Source: Dipteris shenzhenensis (lineage: Eukaryota). From it: a stretch of DNA of 64,000 nucleotides. Positions 1 through 13,878 of the stretch are shown here, piece by piece (within the stretch, counting starts at the first letter, position 1; each line of letters begins with the position of its first letter). The stretch lies in the NCBI GenBank assembly GCA_047967505.1, contig CM106538.1. One strand, written 5' to 3'. The position numbers and the translations under genes were made by a program. Under the pieces are notes generated by a model. That model saw only the letters and a program-made list of their open reading frames with translations. It did not search any database and had not been told where the DNA came from.

Positions 1-873
1 TGTCTTGGGCAACTCTTTTTTTAAACATGGCACAGTGCTTGGTGGATAATAGTTTGTGCTAAACATTTAAGGGGTAGTAACTTGTTTCTTCACAAGATTG
101 TATCTGGGATGGCTTTCAAGGCTTGTGAACTATTGTAAATCAATGCTAAATGAGAAAGAGTCAAGTGATCAAAGTTGGGAGCTCAAAGAGTGTTGCTCCT
201 GTGAGACAGATTATCTGCCCTTGAAGGACAAAGGGTAGCAGTCACATGGTACTATTAAAATATTGGAGTTGAAAGAGGTTGTTTAAGTCCTCCAGAAAGA
301 ACTTGTACAAGGGTCACGAAAACAATAAAGAACAAAGTGAAGTATCTTAATAGGCGCCATGTTGAGAATAGACAGTATCTTACATTTTTTCAGTTAACAA
401 ACAAGACTTAAAGCCTGGCATGTCACATCAATCTGTGTTCATTTCTATGGAAAGCGAGGTCTGAGGGCCTTGCTCAGCATAAGTTACATCTCTTCCTACA
501 TGTTTGTCCTGATAATGTGACAGTTTTTTTTATGTTTCTTCATGGGTAATTGTATTTCAAAATTAATGAGGAAAAATTATGTTCCAATTTGTTAAGTAGA
601 GGTGTAAGTCTCAAACTTTTACCCTCAATTGCTTCTAATCGATCAATGATAAAGAATGCCCTCAACATTTTTATTATGGTTCTGTCAATTTGTACTCTCA
701 TTAGCTCACTTGTCCCAATGGTTTTGGATGCAGATCCCTTTACAGACGATGGAAGCCCACAAAGATAAGGTATGGTCTGTGCACTTCTTCACAATATTGA
801 TGTCCCCTTGTACTTGAAAGGAATAGCTTATCATTCCCATCATCACATAAGGTTCAAGCAGAATGATTGCTAT

Positions 874-965
874 CTGCTTCCTGAGCTCGTATGACTGCAA
901 GGCCCACCCTTTCCACCTGCTTTCTGAGCTTGTATGAATGCAAGGCCCACCCTTTCCACTTGCTT
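874..965. repeat. 43-bp tandem duplication
   Basis: ctgcttcctgagctcgtatgactgcaaggcccaccctttccac at 874 recurs at 917 with about 3 substitutions. Confidence 0.85.
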
Positions 966-1090
966 GCCTCTTGATCTACTGTCTTTCCTTTGCATTGCTA
1001 TCTCCTTCTGCCCTGCTCCTACCCCCGCCTCTTGGCCCTCACTTCCTTCTCCTTTTCACTCGTATTCCTTATTCCACTGCCATTCCGTAG

Positions 1091-1097
<7 letters not shown>

Positions 1098-1139
<42 letters not shown>
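1098..1139. repeat. (CT)n microsatellite
   Basis: About 21 consecutive TC units. Confidence 0.95.
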
Positions 1140-1142
<3 letters not shown>

Positions 1143-1199
1143 TGAATTAAAGATTGCTTCCACTGATGTAGCCCACTCTTTTATTCATAGGTAGATGTG

Positions 1200-2120
1200 C
1201 GACAAGATAGACGACCTCCTACTCATGCTTACCAGCCTTGTTGCAGGCTCTACAAGCTATAGACTCAAAGACTGACTCATGTATGGATTCTAGAGAAAGA
1301 TGGACTTGCTTTGCGAGTCGCGACACACCACGAGCTACTCGAGAGTCGACTCTCATGAGCAATTCAACCTACCCAATCTGGGCCTGCGCAGGCCAAAAAG
1401 AAGCAACTAGACCGCCATCCTCCCGGTCTTGTAGGAGCCAACGTCCATTCGCATCATGAACAGTTGCATGCTTACCATGCAGGATCCAAATGGTAGCCAT
1501 GCATTGCCCAGCTGCCATGCCACATGATTCATGTACTACACAAGCCATTGAACACGTAGTAGAGCCGAATCTCCATGAGTCGATGATGTCTGCCAACTAA
1601 TGAGCCTAAGGGCCCTTCCACCCTTCCAATCATTTAGCCAATAAGACAAGCCCCCTGGAGCAGATTTCCTAACATTCCCCCCCAAATCTGAGTAGGGGAG
1701 AAACACCAAACAAGAACAATCTTGCGATATCAAACTTTAACCTGAAAAACTGAGCCACCGAAATCTTCTAAATAGACTAAAGGATGATCTACCCACGAAG
1801 AGCCAAGGCCAAATATAAACAATTGCATGCTTACGAAAGTTCTATAATGCCTTGTCATGATCATCAATTTGTGTTTCCAAAAGTCTTGCAGGTTCATTTG
1901 GATGTCCATCAACTATACACACCTTTTCTTTGGAGTTCCCAAGCTGCTTATCTTTCGATTGTTTGTAGAGAAACCATTCAGTATGGCCTTCCTTCCCACA
2001 GTAGTGACATATCCATTGGTCCTTCCTCACCTCTTTAGTATCCTTTCACTTCTCTTTAACCATATCAGCTGGTTCACTGATAGGGAGATTGGGCTCCATG
2101 CGCATAAACTCAAGTCCTTC
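1200..2120 (-). mobile_element. LTR-retroelement 3' remnant: gag zinc knuckle, PPT and start of the 3' LTR
   Basis: Minus-strand ORF 1842-2030 has a degenerate CCHC knuckle (CHYCGKEGH). On the minus strand GGGGGGGAA (1683-1675) is followed directly by TGTTAGG at 1674, the usual PPT-LTR junction. The left boundary is approximate. Confidence 0.55.
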
Positions 2121-2159
2121 TGAATTTACACGTAAGTTCTGAACCAAAGCAGGATACGT

Positions 2160-2810
2160 GATAAAGAAAGAAAGAAAGTCAGTCTATTTATGTCCATGGG
2201 AGACCATAGGTCTATGGGACAATAGAAAAACCATCTAGTACTTCAGCTTAGGGAGGGCACATGGCAGCTCCCAGGGAGTGCAAAAAGGAGGCAAAAAGCA
2301 GCTCCAAGTATTTAGAGTACCTACAAAGCCATGAGCATGTTAGCGTAGGGGAAGATGAGATGCATCATGTAGTAGCTACTCATCATCACAAGAGGTGCAT
2401 GTTAGGGAGACCTCCAAGCAGTCCAAGACCATTCCAGGCCACTCACATGCCACCTCAGATGAGGATGTGGCTCATGGGCCACATGGCAAACACTTGGACA
2501 TGTTTGGCTACATGGATTGCTGTAGAGATGATGTGGTAGCAGCCACATATGATTGCTCATCCACATGGTAGATCAGCCACCTGGCAGTAGTGCTAGATTA
2601 TGAGTAGCATGGTATGAACACACCCTTGGGGCACTTTTCCCTCCAACTAGGAGGTTTTTCCCTTGAAGGTTAGTATCAGGTTAGCTTCCTTTGTAGAGTA
2701 TATATTTCTCATTTTGGTCATTCTTTGAAACACAATTCTTGTGTCCTCAATACATCTCCATATTTTGGTGTTCTCCTCTCACCCCAGTTTCCAACATTTA
2801 ATATTAGAGC
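2160..2810 (+). mobile_element. Possible degenerate LTR followed by a decayed tRNA-Met PBS
   Basis: Ends ...ccagtttccaaca (2796), then tttaatattagagc, which resembles tggtatcagagc. Start not resolved. Confidence 0.3.
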
Positions 2811-3201
2811 CCTACTCCTCTAGGAGCTTAAGCTAGTCTTCCTTCAAGAGAAGATCCTCCAAAAAAGAATCTACCTTTTAAAGACTTGAGGGGTGAAAAT
2901 GGGAGCTGACCTGATGCATAATGAAGTGAGGGTGGGGGTGGCTTCTGTTGTTAATTCAATCATTCGGCTAAGTTTGGGAGGAAAATCTGTATTCTTAGAG
3001 TTGTCATCCACCACAGGATTTTGAGTTATGTTGTCCTTGTGAGCCTTGTGTCGTCGTCTCAATATTGTGTGAAGAGCTATTTCGTCCTCGTGACTTGTAA
3101 GCTGCGGTAGCCTTGATCATCCTCGTGACCCGAGTGGAGCTATTTCATCCTAGGTATTGTGCACGGCCTGCTTTGTCGGTATACCTATGTACAATGGTGG
3201 T

Positions 3202-3542
3202 GTTATGAGTCGGCGTATGCGAACTCCCCACTGGCACGTAAATACTTGCTTTTAAAACCATCTATCTTTTTTACTATTTTTCTGTAAGCTATATAGCTAA
3301 TGACTACTAAACATGTGATTTCTTTACAAGTTTATAAATACTAAAAACTATATGGTTTGTGCCTACCAAAAACACCTTTTTTTTTTAATTTTCATGGAAA
3401 TAACTTCAAATTTCTTACAAAAAAAAAGCTGCTCTTTATGAAAATAATCCTTTCAAATCACAAAAGATAAACTATTAACTAAGAGCTTTGAAGATCTTTG
3501 AAACATGTGCCAGTGGGTGGTCCGCATATGCCGACCGGTAAC
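3202..3542. mobile_element. MITE-like element with ~36-bp imperfect terminal inverted repeats
   Basis: 3202-3237 gttatgagtcggcgtatgcgaactccccactggcac matches the reverse complement of 3507-3542, gttaccggtcggcatatgcggaccacccactggcac. AT-rich interior. No clear TSD. Confidence 0.65.
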
Positions 3543-3761
3543 TACTCGCACATGGATATGAAATATTAAGGCAGATTATCACGTCTATAACCATCCAATT
3601 ATGTCGGAAGGGGGCAAGATGATTGGCCCTCATTGTATGTGGTTACTATCTCTTCCATATTTCGTAGCCAGATTTAGTCAGTATATTGGGACATTTGTAG
3701 TGTTGTACCTTGCTGGCATTGTAGATTTTGGAGCTTGTGCAAGTTGGAACAGATTTGCAGA

Positions 3762-4490
3762 TGTTAGATATCAATGCTCCACTCTCTTGTAACTATGTGG
3801 GAACCAGCTAACTCTACTTGTAAGCCCCCATATGAGGAGAAGGCATTTGAGTAGCTCGATTATCCAGTAGGTCCTGGTTTGGACACTAGATGGGGGCCAT
3901 GTGTGGCCTGATGGCTGGACGGCTTCAGATAGAGTTGGCACACCGCCAACTAGGCTACATGTAAGTGCGGAAAGGCATCCCTTGACTGACCACACTGAGG
4001 GTAGATGGAGCATTTCTCGAGGCAACCCACTATCGGGTTGCGAGGCCCATTTGGAGCCTCAAATGATCCCGGATGGCTCTGGGCCGAACAGTAACCATAG
4101 GTTGGTTGCTCTGTTTTACGCACCGGTTCTATCGTATGGTCGGTGGCCTATTTCGGGACCAACCCCCAGTCGACCGTTTTGGGTGGACTAGGTCGGTCAC
4201 CCAATTGAGCCTAACCGACTACGACTGGTGGCTATATAAGAGCAAGCCCGTGAAGCCCATTTCATCACTGGCTACAACAACCCTGATTCCTTAGCATTCA
4301 ATCTCCGTCTTCTACTGTTTCTAGCACACCATCGAAGCTTCTTTCACAGGAGCGCACGGTTGGGAGGCAGCGCCATCTATTGTATCAGTTCTACAGTAAT
4401 CAAATTTTTTGATTCTCCATACTATCTGGTTTTCTCTCTTGTGTATGAGATCCTGTTATCTGTTGAGCACAGACGTATTATTTTCTTACA
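3762..4490 (+). mobile_element. Ty1/Copia 5' LTR (~729 bp)
   Basis: Begins TGTTAGA and ends TCTTACA (TG..CA with imperfect inverted ends). Contains ctatataag. Directly followed by a PBS and gag. Confidence 0.75.
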
Positions 4491-4502
4491 TGGTATCAGA
4501 GC
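4491..4502 (+). promoter_or_regulatory. Primer-binding site (tRNA-iMet)
   Basis: TGGTATCAGAGC immediately after the LTR-terminal CA. Confidence 0.9.
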
Positions 4503-4560
4503 CTGGACTCTAGCAACAAGATTTGGTAGTGTGTTTCTGTTTGCGAGCAGATTGTGAGAG

Positions 4561-5168
4561 ATGGCCCAACCCGCAAGACTGCAAATCCCACCGTTCGGCG
4601 AAAGCAGAAAGTTGGACTGCTCTAACTATCCACTCTGGAAGTTCAAGATAAAGACCATCCTAAGTGCATACGAGCTTTGGGACACTGCTACTGGGGTGGA
4701 CGTGAGGCCGGTTGCGAGACCGGATCTAGCCAATGCAGGACAACAGATAGTACCAACTGCGGATGAGATTCTCGTGTGGACAAGAAGAAATGCAGATGCG
4801 CTGTGTTCTATTGTCTGCAGTGTAAGTGATTCCGTCATGGCGTTAATTCAACATGTCACCATAGCGGAGGAGGCATGGACGGTCTTGAAAAATCAGTACG
4901 AGACCATGAATCAGACGCGGATTCAAAATCTAGAGACTCAACTCGCGAATGAGAAGTTGTCTGAGTCTGAAGCGGTAGAGAAGTTCATCACCAGGGTGAA
5001 GAATCTGCGCGATCAGATGACTGCGATTGGCATCACCATCACCAGCGAGAATCTAGCACGAAGGTGCATACGGATTCTCCCACCAAAGTATGACGGTCTT
5101 GTTATGGCACTGAATATGCAGAACAGAAATCTGCCCCTCAACTTTGAGGATTTCAGTGCGATGCTTCT
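4561..5168 (+). pseudogene. gag: Copia gag, N-terminal ~200 aa, truncated
   Basis: KLDCSNYPLWKFKIKTILSAYELWD...EAWTVLKNQYE...FITRVKNLRDQM...LPPKYDGLVMAL are Copia gag motifs. After FSAMLL the ORF runs into unrelated CT-rich sequence; no pol or 3' LTR follows. Confidence 0.85.
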
Positions 5169-7126
5169 TCTCCTCCTCTCCTACCACTCCTCTCCTCTGA
5201 TACTCCTACTCTTTGCAGATCTCTTTTTTTTTGCCTCGGCACTTGAAATCCATGTAGTTTTGAAGCTTTTTTATCCTCTCCTAAGCCCTAGAGTGTTGTC
5301 CAACCACCACCACTTCAAATTCATGCTATCTTTGTACCTCACGACCATCAGCTCCTTAATACACTCTCACTTGATAGAATATTTGTCTTGGACAAAATTT
5401 GAGAACATAGAAATTCAATAGCCCACATAGATAGTGCCAAATGTGGCCATGGATTCAAACATGCAACCCAAACTTGCACAAAATACAACCCTCAAGACAT
5501 GTGCTACTACATAGGTAGCATAATTACAAATAGTGCGAGTAGTGTAGCAGTACCTAAGAGCATGGATAGATGCGAATGATGTATGGACACATAGTAGAGA
5601 AAAAACATGCAAGCAATACTAGACATACATAGCACAAACATAAATAGACTATACACATGGATTGATAGCATTGCAATAGTGTCAATAATGAACTAATGCA
5701 ATTGATTGATAGGTGTCACATGCAACCCAAGAGAGCGCACAGCCACATCACTGTAGATAGAATGCACACAAAAATTAATGTGTGTAGAGACACGTGGTTT
5801 AAACACACATACAATGCATACACTATAGTAGACATAGCCATGTAAGAAGACATGCAATCCATGTCATTATTTCACCAAACATTTGGTAGTTCTACACAGT
5901 CACTTTTTCATAGTCTAATTAGAACGTCTAATTAGAACCTAGTACATGTGGCAATGCCACTTTTTCACCTTGTCACTACACAATTACTCACAATGACACC
6001 TTATCATTACCATGTCATAGCACAACTACATAGCATGATCTATAGTAACCTCATATGATCACATGCACAATGCACTTTATTTGTCCATTTCCAATTATAA
6101 TTGTTGAAAAGTGTGCTTAATTTCTTTATTCTTCATGGATAGAACTAATGTTGAACCCTTAGGTCAGTCCGGTGACCAAAAATAAAAGCTGATTAATAGT
6201 TAAAGTCAATTCAAGTAAGTAGCTACTGATACCTTAAAGTTGAGGTGGCAATCAGTACCCATATCAATATGCTTCTCAAAAATAAAATTTCCTAATCTAG
6301 TTCATTATGATTTTAGCACATTTGGTTTGCATGTCAATTTGAAGTAAAAACATGCCAAAATTCAAATGATCACACCTTCTTGCCATTTTATCAGAATGAA
6401 ACATCTTTGTACCAGATTCAAAAGTAGAACTTTCACTCGATATTGTATCATTTTTAAGGCTATTTCAACCATTTTTTGGTAAAAGAAAGTCACTTTTCGA
6501 AGAGTTACAATTTTCTTGATAACATGTCAAAGCATGATGACATTATCTCCCTTGATCATAGTATAGTAGATTGGAAGATAGAAATTTTGGCGTTTGAAAT
6601 TTGGTTTAAAGAAACAACTACACAATCTAAAACCGATGCCGATGATTGGGTAGAATGGGATGAGAAAGATGAAATCATACCTACCATTTAGGACAAAAAT
6701 GACCCAATCATGAATGCAATGCCTTGAAAAAGAAAATTGTTACAAAACAATTGTCAAGAGTTCCCTTAGTTGAGAATAAATTGAACATTGCAAAGTGAGA
6801 ATCATTCAAAAAAAGTCCTGATATTACTAAGGCTAAAGGATTTGGCAAACCAATTGGATGCAATTGATCACAAAGCTAACAATGCAAGATTGGTGTGAAT
6901 TGCCTCAAATGGATTAGGCAAATAATATGAATAATTTGTAATTGCCATGGTTACTAAGAAAATCCCCTTACCTTTAAGATAACTGATATGGAACAAATCC
7001 AGAGAAGAGGATCCAATTCAAAAAAAGATCATGAACAAGTGTTTATAGATAGAGGCCATGGTTTCCATAGAGAGAAGTGCCCATTTCAAGCCTAGAGAGA
7101 GGCAAACCATATGCCAAAGGCTATAG

Positions 7127-9875
7127 CACTACTACACATGGGCCTTATTTTGACGGTTAAGCATCGATGTTTAGTGCCCACGACGCTAATCATCGGTAAG
7201 CAAAGCGGGTTTTTAAAAGTGTCGCTATATAAATGTTGCTATATAGCGGCATTTGCCAGACTTGTCAAAGGTCTTTATATAGCAACTCTGAGACACTTTC
7301 CTATAGTGAAATTTTACAGAGAGTGTTTTTCCCCATACCGACCTTTAAAGATAGTTTTTTCCAATAATATTTTTTTTTTCTTTTCATACATGTTTGATCT
7401 TTTGAAAGAATAAAAGTACAAGAGCATGTACATCAAGTTTAAAGTTCATATATTCATGTCCAAGTTTGAGATGAAAAAAAATCAATGAAGATCATTTACA
7501 TCAACGGCTTCATTTTGAGTCAAGTCTAGCATGCCAAACAAGTCTATCTCCAACTCTATACCGAGTTGATCTCCTATATCAATATCGTACTCTGCATCAT
7601 ACGTTCACCTAAGACTTGATCATCTTCTTCAATAAAGTCAGGTGATTCTTGATGATTGTCATCTTCTTCCTCACTATCATGATCTCCATCTTTCTCCCGT
7701 ACGATGTCATTATGTGCATTTTACTCTTGGCTCATATTGTGATCTTCATCTTCCATTTGGATCAATTGGCATCTCCATATCCACATCTCTATCTTCAAAA
7801 ATTTGCTTACTTCATGGTGCAACTTGGATCACGTACCACCATCTTGGATCAAAATGATCCGAATGAAAAACCACTTATATTGAAGATGGGTGCCAAATGC
7901 CATCAATTACATGAAATTATGCTTAAGTACATGTACCAATTGACCTTTAAAAATGAAAGCTTCAATTAATTAAATCATTAGTATGCAATGTGCACCTGCT
8001 CACAATGCTCGGGAAGAAAAAATGTATCACTTTCATTAGTCTAAAGTTTGGTGGAGTCTATTGCAAAGAAACCACTATTGTCTTTCCTCACTGTCGGATG
8101 GGGATCATTGTAAATAGTTCTAAACCATTTTACATGAAGAATGAAAATACCAAATCATTTAAAATCAATTTCATAAATTTTGCATATGGTCCCACAATAA
8201 TCCAACTACGAGGAGAGAAGATTGGTATCCAAAGCACTTGCTCAGCTATCTTGTGTGAAGTTAGCCATGACTCCACAATCATACGTGACTCTCATTGAAT
8301 CGATGCAGTCCATGCAAAAATATTGTCCATATGACCATAATGCACTGTACTTTTTGTACTGCAAAAGCGCATCATTAAAACAATGAGGATGCATATATTT
8401 TATAGCGTATCATTGCCACAAATAATTACTTAATTATGTCAAGAGGTAAGAAACTTACATGCATCAAACATCCAGATGATAACTCTCACTCGTGCCCGTT
8501 TATTGTCTCTCCATTGCATTCGGCTTTATGTAGAGCCAGTTGTAGCCAATCAAGTGACATGTGCATGGGGAGAAGGGCAAGATCCCATGGATATGGTTGC
8601 GATCACCTGTACATTACTCTGAATCTTGAATATATCATTTCTTACATCTTCTTGTAATAACCCTTTCACTATAATTAGAAGGATGAACTATCCAAGCAAC
8701 AAAGAAATCATGTCAATAATATAACATAATCATACTTATACTAATGCATCACGATTATCGGTACACTAATCCTACAGCTTAGAATACATGTAAGACCTTA
8801 TGCCAATCATGGGACTTGATCCCAATAAGCTTATTGTACTTTGAAAATGCTCCTTTTAAGCAATGCATGTACGTTGTTGGTGTTCAAAAAGAGGCAATGT
8901 CTGCCTTGACCGCTACCTCCTCTCTGTTGGCAAGAATCCATGTTGCTTTTAGGAGGACAACTTCATGAGCACACACTTGGGGCCACAAATGAGGCATCCT
9001 GTTCATAGCACGGAAGTCTTCTCGCACTCCTCTCATGTCTTTGGAACCAACCAAGTGTGCCCAAATAGTATCCCCCACATTCTTGAAGATATGCATGGAA
9101 TCCAAGAATGATTTATTTGTAACTAACCCCAATAAGGAAGCTCTTGAAAGATGGATAGCCTCCTCATACCAAGAGGAGGCTCCTCTCCATTCGCCCTATA
9201 AGCCTAAATCCAATCACTTGCCTTCAAATATGGTGGTGGTGGAACAAGCTGGCCTCCACGCATGAGATGGTCTAGCAGAAGGTATCAAGCATGACCTTCA
9301 TAAACATTTTTTCTCATATGTTTGGAGTATCGTGCAAGCGGTTTCAAACCCAGCCCACAAACAAGACAAGCATGGTACCCACTTGTGTAACAAGTCCTAC
9401 AAGCGTGCATGAATGTGTTAGTATAAGACATGCATGAAAGAGAGTCATAAAAGCATAATCCTATATTATACAATATGTAACGACGACCACATACTTGCAC
9501 ATTCTTGGGTAGTCATGCATGGTCCACATCAATATTGGGCCTGACGAAAGTGTTGTTGGTATGTCTAAGAGCTTTGGAAATATCAAAGACCCGCACTACT
9601 CTCCATAAGATCTATATCTCCTCTATCAAAGGTGCCATGTACACATCCATATTTTTGGCCTTCTACTTCCCTGGCGCAAGCAGTGCAAGCATGAGGTGTT
9701 CCTTCTTTATTGTTAGCCATGGTGGGATATTGTAATTCACCAACACTATGGGCCATGTTGACCAAGATGTCGAGTGTAACCCAAAAGGGTTCATGCCGTC
9801 CATGGCAAGCCCAAGATGTAAGTTGCATGGCTCCCTTGCAAAGTCCAACCACTGATTGTCTATGTGCTTCCAAGT
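7127..9875 (-). mobile_element. Internally deleted and truncated CACTA (En/Spm) element, sister of 15423-25345
   Basis: Starts CACTACTAC at 7127 with gtcgctatatagcg-type subterminal repeats. Collinear with 15423-19150 but with deletions. TnpD peptides on minus: HIFKNVG, LHLGLAMDGMNPFG, WPIVLVNYNIPPWL. No right TIR seen. Confidence 0.85.
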
Positions 9876-10945
9876 CCTAGTTAGGGTTGTCTATATAACA
9901 TTGTCTATTGAGAGAAGTGGGAAAACAAGAAGAGAAGGGACCCATACTTTGTAAAGACATAAAGATCTTGTGATTTGTAGTGGCTTTCTCCTTCTATTGT
10001 CCTCTCCTCTCACACTAATACCACTTCTCTCAACAACTTATAGCTAATTGTAGGATGTGCTCGTTGCTATGCCAAGGTGCAACATGTTAATTGGTCTTTA
10101 TCCTTTGGTTCTGCCATGCACGTAGCCTTCAAAGTTGTGAGCTGGCTAAGACATGAAATCCATGTAGGGGTAAAAATTATGCATGTGTTTATGCCATGTG
10201 CTGACCTTTTAGAGATCATGATACAAACAAGGTCAAACAATATCATGGACCAAAATTTAGGGCCCATTATGTTGCTGTTGATCTTGTTGGAGTCACAATA
10301 TGTAAACCTTATATGTCACTATTTTCTAACTCTCTTATATGTGAATATTATAAGATTAAAGACACCTTTTTTCTATACAAATTTGTAGTTTTTTTTAAAA
10401 TGGTTTTTATGATACTCCTCTATGTTTTTGCTAAAAGCCCGATTTTAAAATGTCCTTCTATTGAATCGTGTGATAGTCGTGTAAACCCATTCGAGATACT
10501 ACCTAAAATGATTGGAAATTTTAGCAAAGAGATTGAGAAGCACCAATAATTGGCTTCTAGAAAACCTTACTATGGAAGTTTTGACACTAAGACCAGGCAT
10601 GCTCCCTAAAAATTGACGTTGTCTTGGTGTGATCTCAAAATGGTTCCATGCCTTGCAATGGTCAAGCCCATTTTATCCTTGAAAATACAATTCAAACATT
10701 ATTTTAGGTTCTATTTTATATGTTTGAAAAGTTGCAACCCCCATCCCCCCAAGCCAAAGTCTATATCAACTTTAATTTTGCCAACCCTTGTCTCTGCCAA
10801 GTGAAGGCCATTTAATAATATGAGAAATGATCCTCCCCTTTTATTATAATATAATCACAACATCTCACATGTTTGATACGCCAAGTAGTATTGAAACCTT
10901 TTGATGAGGTACAATCATTAGCATGACTTAATACTAGTTTTTAAT

Positions 10946-12265
10946 AAAACTAAAGGACTTGATTTTGGTAGAATGTACCACTTTAAGCTAGCATGACTTC
11001 ATAGTTGTTTTTAATAAAACTAAAGGACTTAATTTTCAATTATGATGATGCTAGCTTAAAGTGGTAGAATTTACCATCAATGGAGTTCATGCTTGTAACA
11101 CAACTAGATCAATGGTAGTTTTTGAAAAGCATTCAATGACAAATAGCTTACAAGACAAAGTATTCAATCTATATAAAGGTATCATATCTTATCAAATGAT
11201 AAAGATATAAGCCAAAAATTCTATAAGCCCTATCTCTCCGATCTAGTACATGCATTAAAACCATGACTAGAGATCTCACCTGTGTTGGGTTAGCTTGGAC
11301 CCTTCCTACAAATTTGTTTGTACAACCTATGATGTGAAATCTCACCTTTGTTGGGTTAGCTTTGACCCTTCCTATATCTTATAAACAATTAAATAAAGTC
11401 CCGAGGGAGAAAAGTACATTGAGAAAGAAATGACATAAATCATTGCTCACATAATCCTAGGTACGAGGTGAGGTGGATTGCAAAAAATTTCATTTTTGAA
11501 TTTCTATTCTATATTTGCTGGAAGTCTTGGAAATTTTGATATAAAAGATCTATGATTGGAAGTTCTTTAAACATGTTGCCAAGGAAATGAAATGTAAACG
11601 TAGTGAAAACTAAAGGACTTGATTTTGGTAGAATGTACCACTTTAAGCTAGCATGACTTCATAGTTGTTTTTAATAAAACTAAAGGACTTAATTTTCAAT
11701 TATGATGATGCTAGCTTAAAGTGGTAGAATGTACCATCAATGGAGTTCATGCTTGTAACACAACTAGATCAATGGTAGTTTTTGAAAAGCATTCAATGAC
11801 AAATAGCTTACAAGACAAAGTATTCAATCTATATAAAGGTATCATATCTTATCAAATGATAAAGATATAAGCCAAAAATTCTATAAGCCCTATCTCTCCG
11901 ATCTAGTACATGCATTAAAACCATGACTAGAGATCTCACCTGTGTTGGGTTAGCTTGGACCCTTCCTACAAATTTGTTTGTACAACCTATGATGTGAAAT
12001 CTCACCTTTGTTGGGTTAGCTTTGACCCTTCCTATATCTTATAAACAATTAAATAAAGTCCCGAGGGAGAAAAGTACATTGAGAAAGAAATGACATAAAT
12101 CATTGCTCACATAATCCTAGGTACGAGGTGAGGTGGATTGCAAAAAATTTCATTTTTGAATTTCTATTCTATATTTGCTGGAAGTCTTGGAAATTTTGAT
12201 ATAAAAGATCTATGATTGGAAGTTCTTTAAACATGTTGCCAAGGAAATGAAATGTAAACGTAGTG
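10946..12265. repeat. 660-bp head-to-tail tandem duplication
   Basis: Unit 1 is 10946-11605 and unit 2 is 11606-12265. I see one mismatch (T11071 vs G11731). AAAA microhomology at the junctions. Confidence 0.95.
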
Positions 12266-13878
12266 AAAATTCTCTGATGGGAATGAGTTTTCTAACATTT
12301 CATGGAAGCTTTAAGTTTTCATGAAATGAATAAACGTAGTGAAAGATGTTTAATGTGAATGAGTTTTCTAACATTTCATGAAAGCTTTAAGCCACACGTT
12401 CAAGTGCTCTGTCTGTTGTGCAGTGGTACTATGAAAACAGTTTCTCAACCAATTTGAAGTGTCCACTGTCGGTTCGACCACGTTGTGTTTAGTTAGCAGA
12501 TGATCTATTGTTTGAATATATGTTTGCAACTTTGCATTCAATTCGATTCAAAGACCTGCAACCTGTGATATTGCTTTCCCTCGATGACTTTGTCCTAGAA
12601 ATGATCAGATGATTGGACTTACATTTTCAGAGAAAGATTGCACGTCGACGTTAACGTTGGGAACCGCGGATCAACGTGTTTGCGTGAAAACTGGATCAAA
12701 GTCTCAAAAGAGGAGCCGAGCCAGCCACGGCCCACAAACAGTAGGCGGGGACGCCGGTGATGAGAGTTTTTAACTGCCTTCTTCAAATCTTGAATCTCAA
12801 ATCTCGATGCCATAGTGCAATTGTTTACATTTCCAGAGGAGTTTAAAATTAAAAATTATGCCTTTCGTGAAGCCGGCTATTCATCATTCTCCAGCCAATA
12901 TTGTATTCTGCCATATTACCGGCGTGCAAGATCTTGAACTTTCACCTCGGTCCTCACCTGGATCGCACAGTTTTGCTCCTTAGAATTGACACGTACATCC
13001 TCGTGAAGAGTCTATTGCGGGTTCATATCAGTGCGTGCGTATATTGATCGTGAATATCGGGTTTAATCTACCTCAGCTAGACTGTAAAACGCTACCTAAT
13101 AGCTACACAATTACGCATTACCGTTGCGTTTTATAATCATATTACAACATTGTGTCCTATGCTGTAATGGAGGCGGTTGAGTTGTGTGAAGTCATGAGAG
13201 GGTGACTATGCCAGTGTGATTGATTTATGGTCTCAGGCGCGGGGGTAGGCAGATCATTGACATCGCGCAGAAAGGCATGCCATTCCCGAGGTTGTTTACG
13301 TAGAAGCGGCAAGAGCCGCAAGACCACGGTGATACGTGGGGTTTTCAAATTAGATGGGTTGTCAAAGAAATCCATTGATCCTTGTTTTGTGATAGCATAA
13401 GATAGCACCAAGCAGAGCCGCAAGTCTTCAGACATTCCTATGGAAAGGAAGTGTTTTCCTGTCCCAAATTGCGTGTTGCCATACTGGGTGGTTCCTGTTT
13501 AACACCGCGTCAGCCACAAGGCGCTGTCTAACATGATCAATCATTGTTAACGCACTGGTGACAAACCAACTCGCTTACTGTGGATGCGACCATTACTCTA
13601 ACGCTCAATTGAGGAATTGTTTGAAACAGAAAGCTGGGGCATGCCTTGTTGCAGTTCCGGGTAGAGATCTTCGTGGCGGTCGTAAAACGTGGATTGCTCA
13701 AAATCTTTATCAGTAAGCTAGAACTAGAACGTCTAGACGTGGAAATTGGAAAAGATGGCAAAAATATATCGAGCGTCTCTCTGATCGTTCATAATCAGTG
13801 ATATTGCAGCTGTGTATACGGTAATCTAAGCTGTCCGTGAAAGTTCATATCTGAATTGGATCGTAGGTAGTGGTAGTC

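Noticed and set aside
5169-5421. Hydrophobic C-terminus of the 286-aa gag ORF as an env or transmembrane domain
   Set aside because: Read-through into unrelated CT-rich sequence after the truncation point.
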